Below, in pieces: positions 43,389 to 52,981 of a DNA stretch of 64,000 nucleotides. The notes beneath the pieces are model-generated. The model saw only the letters and a program-made list of their open reading frames with translations. It ran no database searches and had not been told where the DNA came from. Origin of the DNA: Nitrospiraceae bacterium (GTDB taxonomy: Bacteria > Nitrospirota > Nitrospiria > Nitrospirales > Nitrospiraceae). The position numbers and the translations under genes are program-made. The stretch spans positions 4,596 through 68,595 of the forward strand of contig JBDIVW010000029.1 of NCBI GenBank assembly GCA_039794185.1, read 5' to 3'. Position 1 is the stretch's first letter; each line of letters opens with the position of its first letter.

Positions 43389-44351
43389 CTAGTGCTCCCG
43401 TTTCTTCGCTTCCGACCCCGGCGCCGCGTACATCTTCAGCCGCTGCGGGTGCGCGCTGCTCGAAATCCTCCCGGTATCGGGTTCCATCACGTAGGTCCCG
43501 CCGAACGGCTCCTGCGGAAGCGCGCTCATATAGCCTTGAGTGACCAATTCGCCGAGATGCGTCGGGTAGCGACGCTGCTGTTCATGAAATCGTGAGACGG
43601 CCGCTTCCAAAAGACGGATGTCGCGTTCGATCATAACTTCTTTGATGTTGAGCTCCAAGGATTCCTTGATTCTCGGATCGTTCGTTTGACCGTGCATCCG
43701 CAGCAGGAAGCCGAGGGCGAATTCCGGCTGACCGGCGTGGGCCGACATTTGGGTGACCATGTTCACCAGCCAGGGCGGCCCTTCCGGAATCTCCGCCGCG
43801 CGCCGCGCATAGTGCACCGCCTTCTCGACGTCCGCGAGGTAGAAGTAATAATTGTAGGCCATGAGATAGGGAATTCCCCATCGCTGCGGGGCGGCCACGA
43901 GCCCCTTTTCCAAAAGGCGGTTGCTCAAGTCCGGCCGATTCGCCAACTCCGTCATCGTGATGCCGGCGACCCGATAGACGAAGTCGTACTGCGGGTCGAG
44001 CGTCGTGATGACGTCGAATGCATGATAGAGCCAGTCGAACTCGTCGCCCGTGTTCGACGCCTTGCCGAGGATTTGCACCGTGCGGAGCCACAAGACGTCG
44101 GCGCCCAAATGGTGATACCCGAGGAGCGCGGGCTTGAGATACTCCCCTTGGGGAAGGTGTGCGAGGTCTTCGATCTTGGCGAGCAATGGATCGCGACGTT
44201 GATCGAGGACTTGTTGGAGCCAGACGATCCCGGCGAGCAGGAGGACAATGGTGCCGACCACCGTGGTCCAAATCATCTGTCGTGACGAGATCTGCTGTGC
44301 GTTCGGCAGGCGTTCAGAAGCATCCATACGCACGACCCGTCTGAAATGCAT
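43389..44351 (-). CDS. membrane-anchored helical-repeat protein with pseudopilin-G-like C-terminal motif (PilG-like by position)
   Basis: One N-terminal TM segment (IWTTVVGTIVLLLAGIVWL). C-terminus IRLLEAAVSRFHEQQRRYPTHLGELV...LPQEPFGGTYVMEP resembles the T2SS GspG C-terminal pattern. Start may be ATG 44351 or the internal Met 8 codons downstream. Confidence 0.6.
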   Translation of the reverse strand: MHFRRVVRMDASERLPNAQQISSRQMIWTTVVGTIVLLLAGIVWLQQVLDQRRDPLLAKIEDLAHLPQGEYLKPALLGYHHLGADVLWLRTVQILGKASNTGDEFDWLYHAFDVITTLDPQYDFVYRVAGITMTELANRPDLSNRLLEKGLVAAPQRWGIPYLMAYNYYFYLADVEKAVHYARRAAEIPEGPPWLVNMVTQMSAHAGQPEFALGFLLRMHGQTNDPRIKESLELNIKEVMIERDIRLLEAAVSRFHEQQRRYPTHLGELVTQGYMSALPQEPFGGTYVMEPDTGRISSSAHPQRLKMYAAPGSEAKKREH

Positions 44352-44381
44352 CCGCCCCGCCGGCCGAAGCCGGCGGGGCGG
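44352..44381 (-). terminator. very stable stem-loop (13-bp GC stem, UUCG loop on the transcript) between pilA and the next gene
   Basis: The minus strand reads CCGCCCCGCCGGC-TTCG-GCCGGCGGGGCGG followed immediately by ATG (44351). No U tract follows. Confidence 0.6.
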
Positions 44382-44403
44382 ACCTCACGCTGCATTCACC
44401 GAG

Positions 44404-45024
44404 TTAGAACATGCTCGGCGAGGAGCACTGCGTCACGCTCTGCGCGTCGCTGACGCCGAACAGCGACCAGTCACCGTCGCCGTCCAGATTGGCTCCCGCG
44501 GTGGCGATGTACGAGGCGGGGGCCGGTGCGCCGGCGTTGGCCCCGGTCGCGACCACCTGCGGACCAAGCTGACAGGCTGTCGTGATGGCCGGCGGTACAG
44601 GCACTAGCGTATCGACCGCGTAGCTAAAGAACACGTTCCCCGTGGCGGCAAAGCCCAGGTCGACGAAGTTCCCGAGGCTGCCCGGACCAACGGCCTGACA
44701 CCAGGTCTGGCCAGCGGGAATCACCGTCGCGACCTGAGCGACCGTGTTCCACCCGACCGGGATGGCCTTCGTACCAGCCACGGGCACCGCAGCGCTGACG
44801 CCGGCGACGAAAGGCACCGCCAGGTAGCAGCCGAACAGCCCGTTGTGGGACGTTTCCGACGAACGGATACCGCCCAGGTTCGTCCGCGCCTCCGACTGGC
44901 GGGACTTCAACTGATAGGTCAAGAAGTTGGGGATCGCGATGGCAGCCAAGATCCCGATGATGGCCACCACGATCATCAACTCGATCAGGGTGAAGCCCTT
45001 CTTGCTGTGTAACAACTTCAACAT
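44404..45024 (-). CDS. pilA: type IV pilin
   Basis: Class III signal MLKLLHSKKG|FTLIELMIVVAIIGILAAIAIPNF with Glu at +5. Confidence 0.9.
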   Translation of the reverse strand: MLKLLHSKKGFTLIELMIVVAIIGILAAIAIPNFLTYQLKSRQSEARTNLGGIRSSETSHNGLFGCYLAVPFVAGVSAAVPVAGTKAIPVGWNTVAQVATVIPAGQTWCQAVGPGSLGNFVDLGFAATGNVFFSYAVDTLVPVPPAITTACQLGPQVVATGANAGAPAPASYIATAGANLDGDGDWSLFGVSDAQSVTQCSSPSMF

Positions 45025-45149
45025 GGAACCCTCCTTTGTGTTGTGACCGAACCCTGCATCCCAACCGACCGAACCGCCGCGTCTCGGACCTGCTCGCCCG
45101 TGAGCCGGTGGGCTTGATGCCGTGTTCGAAACCTGTTGCAGGGGAGAAA

Positions 45150-45165
45150 AGCAGGTTCCATGCCT
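45150..45165 (-). promoter_or_regulatory. candidate sigma54 promoter aGGCATGgaacCTGCT upstream of pilA
   Basis: Minus-strand reading has GG and GC at the consensus -24/-12 spacing (TGGCACG-N4-TTGCW). About 125 nt upstream of the pilA ATG. Confidence 0.4.
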
Positions 45166-45448
45166 TCATGCCACTCCCGATGGAACCCCGTGAAATTTCA
45201 AACGGTCCCTCCCGAGTGCGTGCCGCATCGGGGCTGGTTCCCTTGGAAAAGCTTCCGCTCCTCGCACGTGCCCGGACGAAATTTTGTCACTCCGTCGAAG
45301 GGTTGACCAGGAAAAGTGGTTTTCTTGACGGTGTCGGACCGATTGAGTCGTGAGCCGCAGAACGGTGAGAAGAGGTTGAGTGCCGACCGCCCGGACGACG
45401 GGACAGATCCGGCCTCACATGGGAAACGCCTGGCGTTGGAGGAGAAGA

Positions 45449-47332
45449 TTACTGGGAGATCGAGGTGGAGGTCGGCGGGGGGGCGGCGGCGTTCTGCGCC
45501 TTGCGCTTCGCTTGGCGGATCCGCTCCTCGGCAGCCGGATCGTTGAGACCCGACGCCCGGAACCGCTCCAGCAGCTTGACGTTGTTCGGATCCAATTCGA
45601 GCGAATGGAGCCAGGCCTCCTTGGCTTCGCTCCGTTGATCCTGCTGGAGGTAGATTTCCCCCAGGTGTTCGTAGATCACCGGGTCGTCGCCGACGAGCGT
45701 CACGGCCCGCTTCAACTCGACCATCGCCTCGTCGACCCGTCCCTTCTTGAAGAAGGCCCATCCGAGGCTGTCGACGTAGTAGCCGTTGTTGGGTTTGAGG
45801 GACACGGCCCGCTGCGTGAGCGAGACGGCCTCGTCGATTTTGATCCCGCGCTCGGCATAACTGTAGCCCAGGTAGTTCAGGGCATCCGCGTGCTTGGGAT
45901 CGAGTTCAAGCGCTTTTTCCATGGCGCGCACGACGTCGTCGAAGCGGTTCAACTTGTCGTAGGCGGTGCCGAGATTGAAATGCAGGTCGGCGTTCGTCGG
46001 GTGATTGGCCACGCCCTCCTGGAACGCGCGCAGCGCCGGCTCAAGCTGCTCGGATTGCAGGTAGGTCAACCCCAGGAGCAGATGCCCGTCCGGTTGCTTG
46101 GGATTGAGCGCCACCGCTTCCTTGAGTTGCACCACCGCGTCGGCCCAGCGCTTCTGCCGATACAACAGAAACCCGTAATGCAGCCGGCTGTCGAAGTACG
46201 TGGGGTCAAGCTTCACGTTCTCTTCATAGGCCTGCATGGCCTTGTCGAACTGCTTGTTCTCTTCGTACATCAGTGCCTGATAATCGCGCACCCGCAACTC
46301 GGTCGGCCGCTCCTTCAAGATCGCGTCGAGCTTGTCGATGGCCTTGGGATAGTCCTTCATTTCGCCGAAGATCAGGCTCATCCGAAGCTGCGCGTCGAGG
46401 TCGCTCGGATCCTGTTTCGTCATCTCCTCAAGCTCGCGCAGCGCCTCCGCGTATTCGCGGGCCTGCAGATGCAGCCGGATCAATTGCTGGCGGATCTCCC
46501 GGCTGTTCGGATTCACCTGGGTGAGATACCGCCGGTAGACGGCCACGGCCTGATCGAGGCTGTGCCCGGCCTCGTGGACCGCTCCCAGCGACAGGTAGGC
46601 CTGCTCGAAGGACGGATTGACCTCGATGGCCTTCTCGAAGGACGCAATCGCCTGCGCCGGCCGACGTCGCTCCAGCGCCAGGCGGCCGAGGTAGTAGTGT
46701 GCGACCGGCGAGGCCGGCGCTTCCTTCAGCCCCTGCTGAAACGAGGCTTCGGCTTCTTCAAACCGCTTGAGATTGGTCAGCAGCAACCCTTTGGCAAAAT
46801 ACACGTCGGCCCTGGTCGGATCCGCGGCATTGGCCGATTCGTACAACCGCAGCGCCTTGTCGCGCTGGCCGGTCCCCGCATAGATCCCCGCCAGGTGCGA
46901 CAGGGTCTGCGCATCCGTGACGTCCTCCACGCGCACCTGATCCGCATAGCGAAGCGCCGAGGCCGTGTCTCCCACGGCGAAATACAGCCCCGAGAGCCGC
47001 GTTTTCAAAAAGCTGGAGGACCCATCGATGCCGAGGGAGGTCTGGTACTCGCGTATGGCCGTCTCGAAATCCTGGGTGAGTTCGGCCAGGTACCCGCGCA
47101 TGAAATGATACGAGGCCCGCGCCTCCACCGGCTTGGCGGTCGGTGTCTCGACCACCGCCACCGGAGCCGAACTGGCGGACTCAGCCCCCGCCCGTGGCGC
47201 CGGCGCGCTCGCGGCACAGGCCGATATCGCGACCGACCCGACGGTCAAGAACAGGAAGACCGCCCGCGGGCGGCCCCTGATCCAGACAGTCGATCCGAAC
47301 CGCTGTCTTGATTGGGAACGGTTCTCGGACAT
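45449..47332 (-). CDS. large TPR-repeat lipoprotein
   Basis: Lipobox-like LFLTVGSVAISAC, then more than 12 TPR units. Start uncertain: ATG 47332, GTG 47362, or TTG 47407 overlapping the dnaB stop. Confidence 0.75.
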   Translation of the reverse strand: MSENRSQSRQRFGSTVWIRGRPRAVFLFLTVGSVAISACAASAPAPRAGAESASSAPVAVVETPTAKPVEARASYHFMRGYLAELTQDFETAIREYQTSLGIDGSSSFLKTRLSGLYFAVGDTASALRYADQVRVEDVTDAQTLSHLAGIYAGTGQRDKALRLYESANAADPTRADVYFAKGLLLTNLKRFEEAEASFQQGLKEAPASPVAHYYLGRLALERRRPAQAIASFEKAIEVNPSFEQAYLSLGAVHEAGHSLDQAVAVYRRYLTQVNPNSREIRQQLIRLHLQAREYAEALRELEEMTKQDPSDLDAQLRMSLIFGEMKDYPKAIDKLDAILKERPTELRVRDYQALMYEENKQFDKAMQAYEENVKLDPTYFDSRLHYGFLLYRQKRWADAVVQLKEAVALNPKQPDGHLLLGLTYLQSEQLEPALRAFQEGVANHPTNADLHFNLGTAYDKLNRFDDVVRAMEKALELDPKHADALNYLGYSYAERGIKIDEAVSLTQRAVSLKPNNGYYVDSLGWAFFKKGRVDEAMVELKRAVTLVGDDPVIYEHLGEIYLQQDQRSEAKEAWLHSLELDPNNVKLLERFRASGLNDPAAEERIRQAKRKAQNAAAPPPTSTSISQ

Positions 47333-47403
47333 GGGGGAGGTGATTTGTCCTCTGAACGACACTCGACCCTTCGGGTGATTATAACGGGAGGAGGGAAGGA
47401 GGG

Positions 47404-48750
47404 TCAAAGGGCTTCACGATTTTCGAGGTTCTCGAATTTCGCGAATTTGTCATGGAAGAAGAGTTGGACCTCGCCGACCGGCCCGTTTCGATGCTTGCGG
47501 ATGAGGATTTCGGCGATGCCTTTTTTTTCGGTGTCGGGCTCGTACATCTCTTCGCGATAGATGAACATGACCACGTCGGCGTCCTGCTCGATCGCGCCCG
47601 ATTCCCTCAAATCGGCCAACACCGGAATGGGCGGCTTGCGCGCTTCGACCGCGCGGCTGAGCTGCGACAGCGCGATCACCGGCACGTTCAACTCTTTCGC
47701 CAGCCCCTTGAGCGAACGGGAGATGTCGGAGATTTCCTGCTGGCGCGACTCCGCATCGCTCCGGCCCTGCACGAGCTGCAGATAATCGACGACGAGGAGG
47801 TCGAGGCCGCGTTCGGCCTTCAACCGCCTGGCTTTCGCCCGCATTTGCTGGACGGTTACCGCCCCCGAGTCGTCGATGAAAATCGGCGCCTGTTCGAGCC
47901 GGCCGGCGGCTTCGGCCAGACGCCACCAATCCTCTTTGCCCAAGCGGCCGATCCGAAGCCCGTGCGAATCCACCCTCGCCTCCGAGCTCAGCATGCGCAA
48001 GACCAATTGCGGCTTGGACATTTCGAGGCTGAACACGCCGATGACGGCATTGTGGTGGATCGCGGCGTGCTGCGCCATGCCAAGCGCGAGACTGGTTTTC
48101 CCCATGCTGGGACGTCCGGCCACGACCACCAGATCCGAGGGCTGGAGGCCCGCCAGCATCCGATCCAATTCGTAATAGCCCGTCGGCACGCCGGTCACCT
48201 GCTCCTTCCGCTTCGAGAGCCGGTCAACCAGGTCGAGACTTTCCTTGATGACTTCCTTCAGCGGCACGAACGACCGGCCCAGCTTGCCTTCCGCCAGCCG
48301 GAACACGGCCCGCTCCGCGGAGTCCAGCAGATCGTCGACCGGGGTCTCCCCTTCGTAGCCCCGGGTGATGATGTCCGTGGAGGCGGCGATCAATCCGCGC
48401 AACAACGACTTATCTCGCACGATCTTGGCATGATAGCGAACGTTGGCCGCACTCGGGATCGCTTGCACCAACTCGGCCAGGTAGGCGACCCCGCCCACCG
48501 CCTCCAGCTCGCCCTTGGACCGAAGCCGCTCCGCCAACGTGATCGTGTCGATTTCTTCGTTGACCTCTGACAGATCGATCATGGCCGCAAAGATCTTGCG
48601 GTGCGCAGTCCGGTAGAAATCCTCGTCGATGAGCAGTTCCGCCGCCTTGTTGAGCGCCTCCTTGTCGAGCAGGATCGCCCCAAGCACGGATTGCTCCGCC
48701 TCCAGATTCTGGGGGGGGAGTTTCGGGTTCAGCACATCGGTGGGGCTCAT
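47404..48750 (-). CDS. dnaB: replicative DNA helicase
   Basis: PPQNLEAEQSVLGAILLD..., Walker A GRPSMGKTS, DYLQL. No intein insertion. Confidence 0.97.
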   Translation of the reverse strand: MSPTDVLNPKLPPQNLEAEQSVLGAILLDKEALNKAAELLIDEDFYRTAHRKIFAAMIDLSEVNEEIDTITLAERLRSKGELEAVGGVAYLAELVQAIPSAANVRYHAKIVRDKSLLRGLIAASTDIITRGYEGETPVDDLLDSAERAVFRLAEGKLGRSFVPLKEVIKESLDLVDRLSKRKEQVTGVPTGYYELDRMLAGLQPSDLVVVAGRPSMGKTSLALGMAQHAAIHHNAVIGVFSLEMSKPQLVLRMLSSEARVDSHGLRIGRLGKEDWWRLAEAAGRLEQAPIFIDDSGAVTVQQMRAKARRLKAERGLDLLVVDYLQLVQGRSDAESRQQEISDISRSLKGLAKELNVPVIALSQLSRAVEARKPPIPVLADLRESGAIEQDADVVMFIYREEMYEPDTEKKGIAEILIRKHRNGPVGEVQLFFHDKFAKFENLENREAL

Positions 48751-48774
48751 CGTGCGTCCGCGCGTGACCGTCGA

Positions 48775-50172
48775 TTAGATTCGTGCTCTGACCGCATCGA
48801 CCAAGGCCTTCCGATCGACGACGGCCGCCCCTCGGGCGCGGAGCGCGGCCACGGTCGGCCGGGCGGACGCGCCTATCCGCTCTAGATCGTGCACCACTAG
48901 AGCTTCCCCGGCCTTCAGCGGCGGCACGCCGACGCAGACCGCGACGCGGACGCGCAGGCGCCGGGCTTCGGCGAGGAGCTGCCCCAAGCCTTTCCGCGAC
49001 TCGTCCAGCGGAGTTCCATTCACGACTCGGACCCCGGCCTCCCGCAGCCGCTGCGCCGCGGCCATCGCCTCCCCAACCGTTCCGGAGGAGGCCGCCAGGA
49101 CGCACTCTGCCCCGTTCGTCGCCCTGAGCGAGTCGGTCCCCTCGACGACGCGGAAGAGGCGGTCGACGTCGAACGCAAAGCCGGTGGAGGGCGCGGTGCG
49201 GCCGAACTGTCCGAGTAGGCGGTCGTATCGGCCGCCGCCGCCGATCTCGTAGCCGACCCCCTCGGCAAAGACGTCGAAGACGATGCCGTCATAGTAGTCG
49301 AAGCCGCGCAACTCGCCCAAATCCAACAAGAGGTGCTCGCCGTACCCGGCGGTTTCGAGCGCACGATGGACGGCCGCCAGCCGTTCGAGCGCCGCCCGCG
49401 CGTCCCCATCCCTCCCCGCCAGCGTCCGCCCACGGGCCAACACCTCTTCTCCCCCGTATAATCCCGGCGCTTCGAGGATGGCGCGGACGTGGGGACGCGA
49501 CAGACGCCCCGTCGATACGAGCGCTTCCAATTCGGGACGATTACGGCGAGCCGCCGCCTGTTCGGCTCGCTTTTGCGCCTCGGGGGACAAGCCGGACCCT
49601 CGTAGGAGCGCCTGCAGAAAGCCCACGTGCCCGAGGGAAATCCGAAACGCTTTCACGCTCAGTCGGCGCAAGCACTCCACCATGGCCGCGATGATCTCGG
49701 CGTCGCCGGCCGCGCCGGCCGTCCCGATGAGTTCGGCGCCGATTTGAAATTGCTCCCGGTCTCTCCCGAGGTGTTCCGGCTCGTACCGAAAGACCGACGT
49801 GCGGTAGCAGAGGCGGAGCGGCAGGGACTCCCCCAGCATGCCCATGGCCACGGTCCGCGCAATCTGGGCGGTCGCGTCCGGCCGCAGCACGAGCGTCCGC
49901 CCGGTGGTGCGATCGGTCAACTGATACCCCTTCTCGATGACTTGCGCGTGCAACCCGGGGGTCAGCACGTCGAGATATTCGAACGTCGGCAGGATGATCT
50001 CGCGGTAGCCCCAGGCACCGAGCACCTCGAGCAGCACACGCTCGAGTTCGCGGACACGGGCCGTTGCATTCGGCAGGATGGTGGTAATGCCCACCGGCAG
50101 CAGGGATCGATCGGTGTGGCGCGGGGCCGGGGGCGTGGGGACGGCCCGAAACCTGCGTGGAGAACCAGCCAT
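48775..50172 (-). CDS. hisZ: HisRS-like ATP phosphoribosyltransferase regulatory subunit with a C-terminal extra domain
   Basis: GYREIILPTFEYLDVL...LVLRPDATAQIARTVA...QIGAELIG. The RPD-type motif is as in HisZ rather than RPEGT of HisS. About 90 extra C-terminal residues. Start at internal ATG 50172. Confidence 0.6.
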   Translation of the reverse strand: MAGSPRRFRAVPTPPAPRHTDRSLLPVGITTILPNATARVRELERVLLEVLGAWGYREIILPTFEYLDVLTPGLHAQVIEKGYQLTDRTTGRTLVLRPDATAQIARTVAMGMLGESLPLRLCYRTSVFRYEPEHLGRDREQFQIGAELIGTAGAAGDAEIIAAMVECLRRLSVKAFRISLGHVGFLQALLRGSGLSPEAQKRAEQAAARRNRPELEALVSTGRLSRPHVRAILEAPGLYGGEEVLARGRTLAGRDGDARAALERLAAVHRALETAGYGEHLLLDLGELRGFDYYDGIVFDVFAEGVGYEIGGGGRYDRLLGQFGRTAPSTGFAFDVDRLFRVVEGTDSLRATNGAECVLAASSGTVGEAMAAAQRLREAGVRVVNGTPLDESRKGLGQLLAEARRLRVRVAVCVGVPPLKAGEALVVHDLERIGASARPTVAALRARGAAVVDRKALVDAVRARI

Positions 50173-50192
50173 GACGTGAACCGGGCCTCCGG

Positions 50193-51797
50193 TCAAAGCC
50201 CGAACGACAAATCGACGACTTTCACCGACAGGATATTCTGCGCGGACTTGATGCGCTCGACCACGGTCGAGGGAATCGGCGCATCTAATCCGATGATGAG
50301 CAAAGCGTTCCCCCCTCGCTCTTCCCGAGCGCACTGCATGCGGGCGATATTAATGTGGTCGGCCCCCAGAGCGGACGTCACGGCGCCGATCACGCCCGGA
50401 CGGTCCACGTTCAGGATCAAGAGCATGTGGCCTTCCGGCAACACCTCGACCTGGAAGTTATCGATCTCGACGATCCGCGGCTCCTTCTTGTGGAACACGG
50501 TGCCGGTTACGCGGTGCACCTTCTTTCCCGATTCCACTCGAACGCGGATAATGCTCGTGAAATCTCCGGCGTCGCTGCTCTTGACCTCCTTGACCTCAAT
50601 GCCCCGGTCCTTGGCCAGGATCGGCGCATTGACGTAATTCACGTCGTTGCCGAGGATCGGCCGCAACAGACCGCGCAAGACGGCAATCGTCAAGGGGGCG
50701 ACGCTCAACCCGGCCACCTCGCCGTTGTATTCGACCGTCACACGCTCCACGCCGCCTTCGTACAGTTGCGCTTGGAGCAACCCGATCTTTTCCGCTAGCG
50801 TGAGATACGGCTGCAGCCGGGGCAGCAGCTCGGGCGGCACGGCAGGAATGTTCACCGCGCCCCGCGCGACCCCCTTGCTGAAATAGTCCACGATCTGTTC
50901 CGCAATGCTGACCGCGACGTTTTCCTGCGCCTCCGTGGTCGCCGCGCCGATGTGCGGCGAGCAGATGAAGTTGTCCAGCGCCAGCAGCGGATTGTCCGGT
51001 TTCACCGGCTCCTCTTCGAAGACGTCGAACGCGGCCGCCGCGACGCGCTTGGATTTCAACGCCTCGCAGAGATCGGCCTCGTGGACGATGCCTCCGCGCG
51101 CGCAGTTGACCAGCATCACGCCGGGTTTCATCTTGGCGATGGCCTGGGCGTTGATCAACGACTTGGTTTCGGGCGTCAGCGGCGTATGCACCGAGATGAT
51201 ATCGGCGCGCCGGAACAGCTCGTCGAGCTCGACCATTTCCACGCCCATTTTCTGAGCCCGTTCCTGCGCCAGGTAGGGATCGAAGGCGATGATGTTCATC
51301 GAGAACCCCTGGGCCAACTTCGTCAGATAGCCGCCGATCTGCCCCACCCCGATGATGCCCAGCGTCTTGTTATAGAGCTCCACGCCCATGAACTTGTCTT
51401 TTTCCCACTTCCCGGATTTGGTCGAGGCCGTGGCCTGCGGAATCCGCCGCGTCATGGCGCAGATCATCGACATGGTGTGCTCGGCCGTCGTCACCGTGTT
51501 GCCGCCCGGCGTATTCATTACGACGATCCCCCGCCGCGTAGCCGCCTGGATGTCGACGTTGTCGAGGCCCGACCCGGCTCGCCCGATGACCTTCAGGCGC
51601 TCGGCCGCCGCAATGACCTCGGCCGTCACTTTCGTCCCCGATCGGACGATGAGCCCGTCGCAACCCCGGACTTCCTTCAGCAATTCCTCCTTCGGGAGTT
51701 TCATCTTCACCACGCACTGGAACCCGGCCTTCTCCAGGATCTCGATGCCCTGTGTCGAAAGACTGTCGCTGATCAAAAACTTGAGCGGTGTCGCCAT
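50193..51797 (-). CDS. serA: D-3-phosphoglycerate dehydrogenase (long form with ASB + ACT domains)
   Basis: MATPLKFLISDSL...IGRAGSGLDNVD...GIIGVGQIGG...ARGGIV, with a C-terminal ACT-like region. Start at internal ATG 51797 of ORF 50193..52445. Confidence 0.93.
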   Translation of the reverse strand: MATPLKFLISDSLSTQGIEILEKAGFQCVVKMKLPKEELLKEVRGCDGLIVRSGTKVTAEVIAAAERLKVIGRAGSGLDNVDIQAATRRGIVVMNTPGGNTVTTAEHTMSMICAMTRRIPQATASTKSGKWEKDKFMGVELYNKTLGIIGVGQIGGYLTKLAQGFSMNIIAFDPYLAQERAQKMGVEMVELDELFRRADIISVHTPLTPETKSLINAQAIAKMKPGVMLVNCARGGIVHEADLCEALKSKRVAAAAFDVFEEEPVKPDNPLLALDNFICSPHIGAATTEAQENVAVSIAEQIVDYFSKGVARGAVNIPAVPPELLPRLQPYLTLAEKIGLLQAQLYEGGVERVTVEYNGEVAGLSVAPLTIAVLRGLLRPILGNDVNYVNAPILAKDRGIEVKEVKSSDAGDFTSIIRVRVESGKKVHRVTGTVFHKKEPRIVEIDNFQVEVLPEGHMLLILNVDRPGVIGAVTSALGADHINIARMQCAREERGGNALLIIGLDAPIPSTVVERIKSAQNILSVKVVDLSFGL

Positions 51798-51835
51798 GAT
51801 CGTTGATTTCGCCTCTGTCGTTCGGCCTCTGCTGG

Positions 51836-52981
51836 TCAGGCCTTTGCCATGAGAATTTCTTGCGCCTTCGCCACGCCCCTGCCCAAGGTCACAGGCCCGC
51901 CGAGCCCCTTGATGACCATCTCGGTGGCGGCCAGCGCGGTAATGACGTCGAACCGATCCGCATACCCCATGTGCGACAACCGGAAGACCTTCCCCTTGAG
52001 ATGATCCTGTCCGCCGGCCGCGGTGATGCCGTACTGGACGCGCAGATTCTTGTAAATCGCCTGCCCGTCGACGCCCTCCGGCGCCGAAATGGTCGTGAGC
52101 GCGTCGCTCGGGGATTCCTTGGGAAACAGAGTCAGACCGGCGGCCTTCGCGCCTTCGCGCATGGCCGTCGCCAGCATCGCATGGCGGGCGAAGACGTTGG
52201 CCAATCCCTCCGCCTTCAGCATGCGGAAGACCTCCTGAAGCCCGAGGATCATCGACACGGCCGGCGTGTAGGCGGTCTGGTTTTTCTGTTGGTTTTCGCG
52301 CTCGCGCTTGAAGTTGAAGTAGAACGCCGCGTTCTTCGCCTTCTCGGCAAGCCGCCAGGCCTTCTCGCTCACGCTCACGAAGGCCAGGCCGGGGGGCAAC
52401 ATCAGCGCCTTTTGCGATCCGGTGATCACCACGTCGAGCCCCCACTCGTCGGTTCGGAGGTCGAACACCCCGAGCGCGGTGATCGCGTCCACCACGAGGA
52501 TCGTATCCTCATACGATTTGACGATCTCCGCCAACGCCTTACAATTGTGAGCCACGCCGGTCGAGGTTTCGCTCGCCTGGACATAGACCGCCTTGATCGA
52601 CGGATCCTTCTTCAAGGCGTCCGCGACCGCTTGGGGGTCCACGGCCCGTCCCCATTCGACTTTGATTTCCTGCGCCTGGACGCCGAAGGTCTTACAGATC
52701 TTGCCCCAGCGCTCCCCGAACTTGCCGCCGTTGACGCACAAGGCTTTATCGCCCGGCGACAGGAAGTTGGCGACCGACCCTTCCATGCCGCCGGTGCCGG
52801 ACGAGGCCAGGATCAGGACGTCGTTCCGCGTCTGGTAGAGCCATTTGAGCCCCTCGCGCACTTCGGCGAAAATAGGGTCGAATTCGGGGGCCCGATGATG
52901 GATCATCGGTCGGGCCATCGCGAGGAGCACCTCCGGGGGAACGGGGGTCGGCCCCGGCGCGAGCAAATACCGTTTGAGCAT
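51836..52981 (-). CDS. class V aminotransferase (serine-pyruvate/phosphoserine aminotransferase-like)
   Basis: LLAPGPTPVPPEVL...SGTGGMEG...TGSQKALMLPPG (PLP Lys). Directly upstream of serA. Confidence 0.85.
   Translation of the reverse strand: MLKRYLLAPGPTPVPPEVLLAMARPMIHHRAPEFDPIFAEVREGLKWLYQTRNDVLILASSGTGGMEGSVANFLSPGDKALCVNGGKFGERWGKICKTFGVQAQEIKVEWGRAVDPQAVADALKKDPSIKAVYVQASETSTGVAHNCKALAEIVKSYEDTILVVDAITALGVFDLRTDEWGLDVVITGSQKALMLPPGLAFVSVSEKAWRLAEKAKNAAFYFNFKRERENQQKNQTAYTPAVSMILGLQEVFRMLKAEGLANVFARHAMLATAMREGAKAAGLTLFPKESPSDALTTISAPEGVDGQAIYKNLRVQYGITAAGGQDHLKGKVFRLSHMGYADRFDVITALAATEMVIKGLGGPVTLGRGVAKAQEILMAKA

Noticed and set aside
45145-45175. Alternative sigma54 alignment TGGCATGAAGGCATGG upstream of pilA
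   Set aside because: It has a good -24 TGGCA but no GC at the -12 position. The overlapping register AGGCATGgaacCTGCT fits the spacing, so only that one is reported.
45380-47311. 643-aa plus-strand ORF antisense to the large TPR gene
   Set aside because: Shadow ORF. The minus strand shows regular TPR periodicity and a lipobox.
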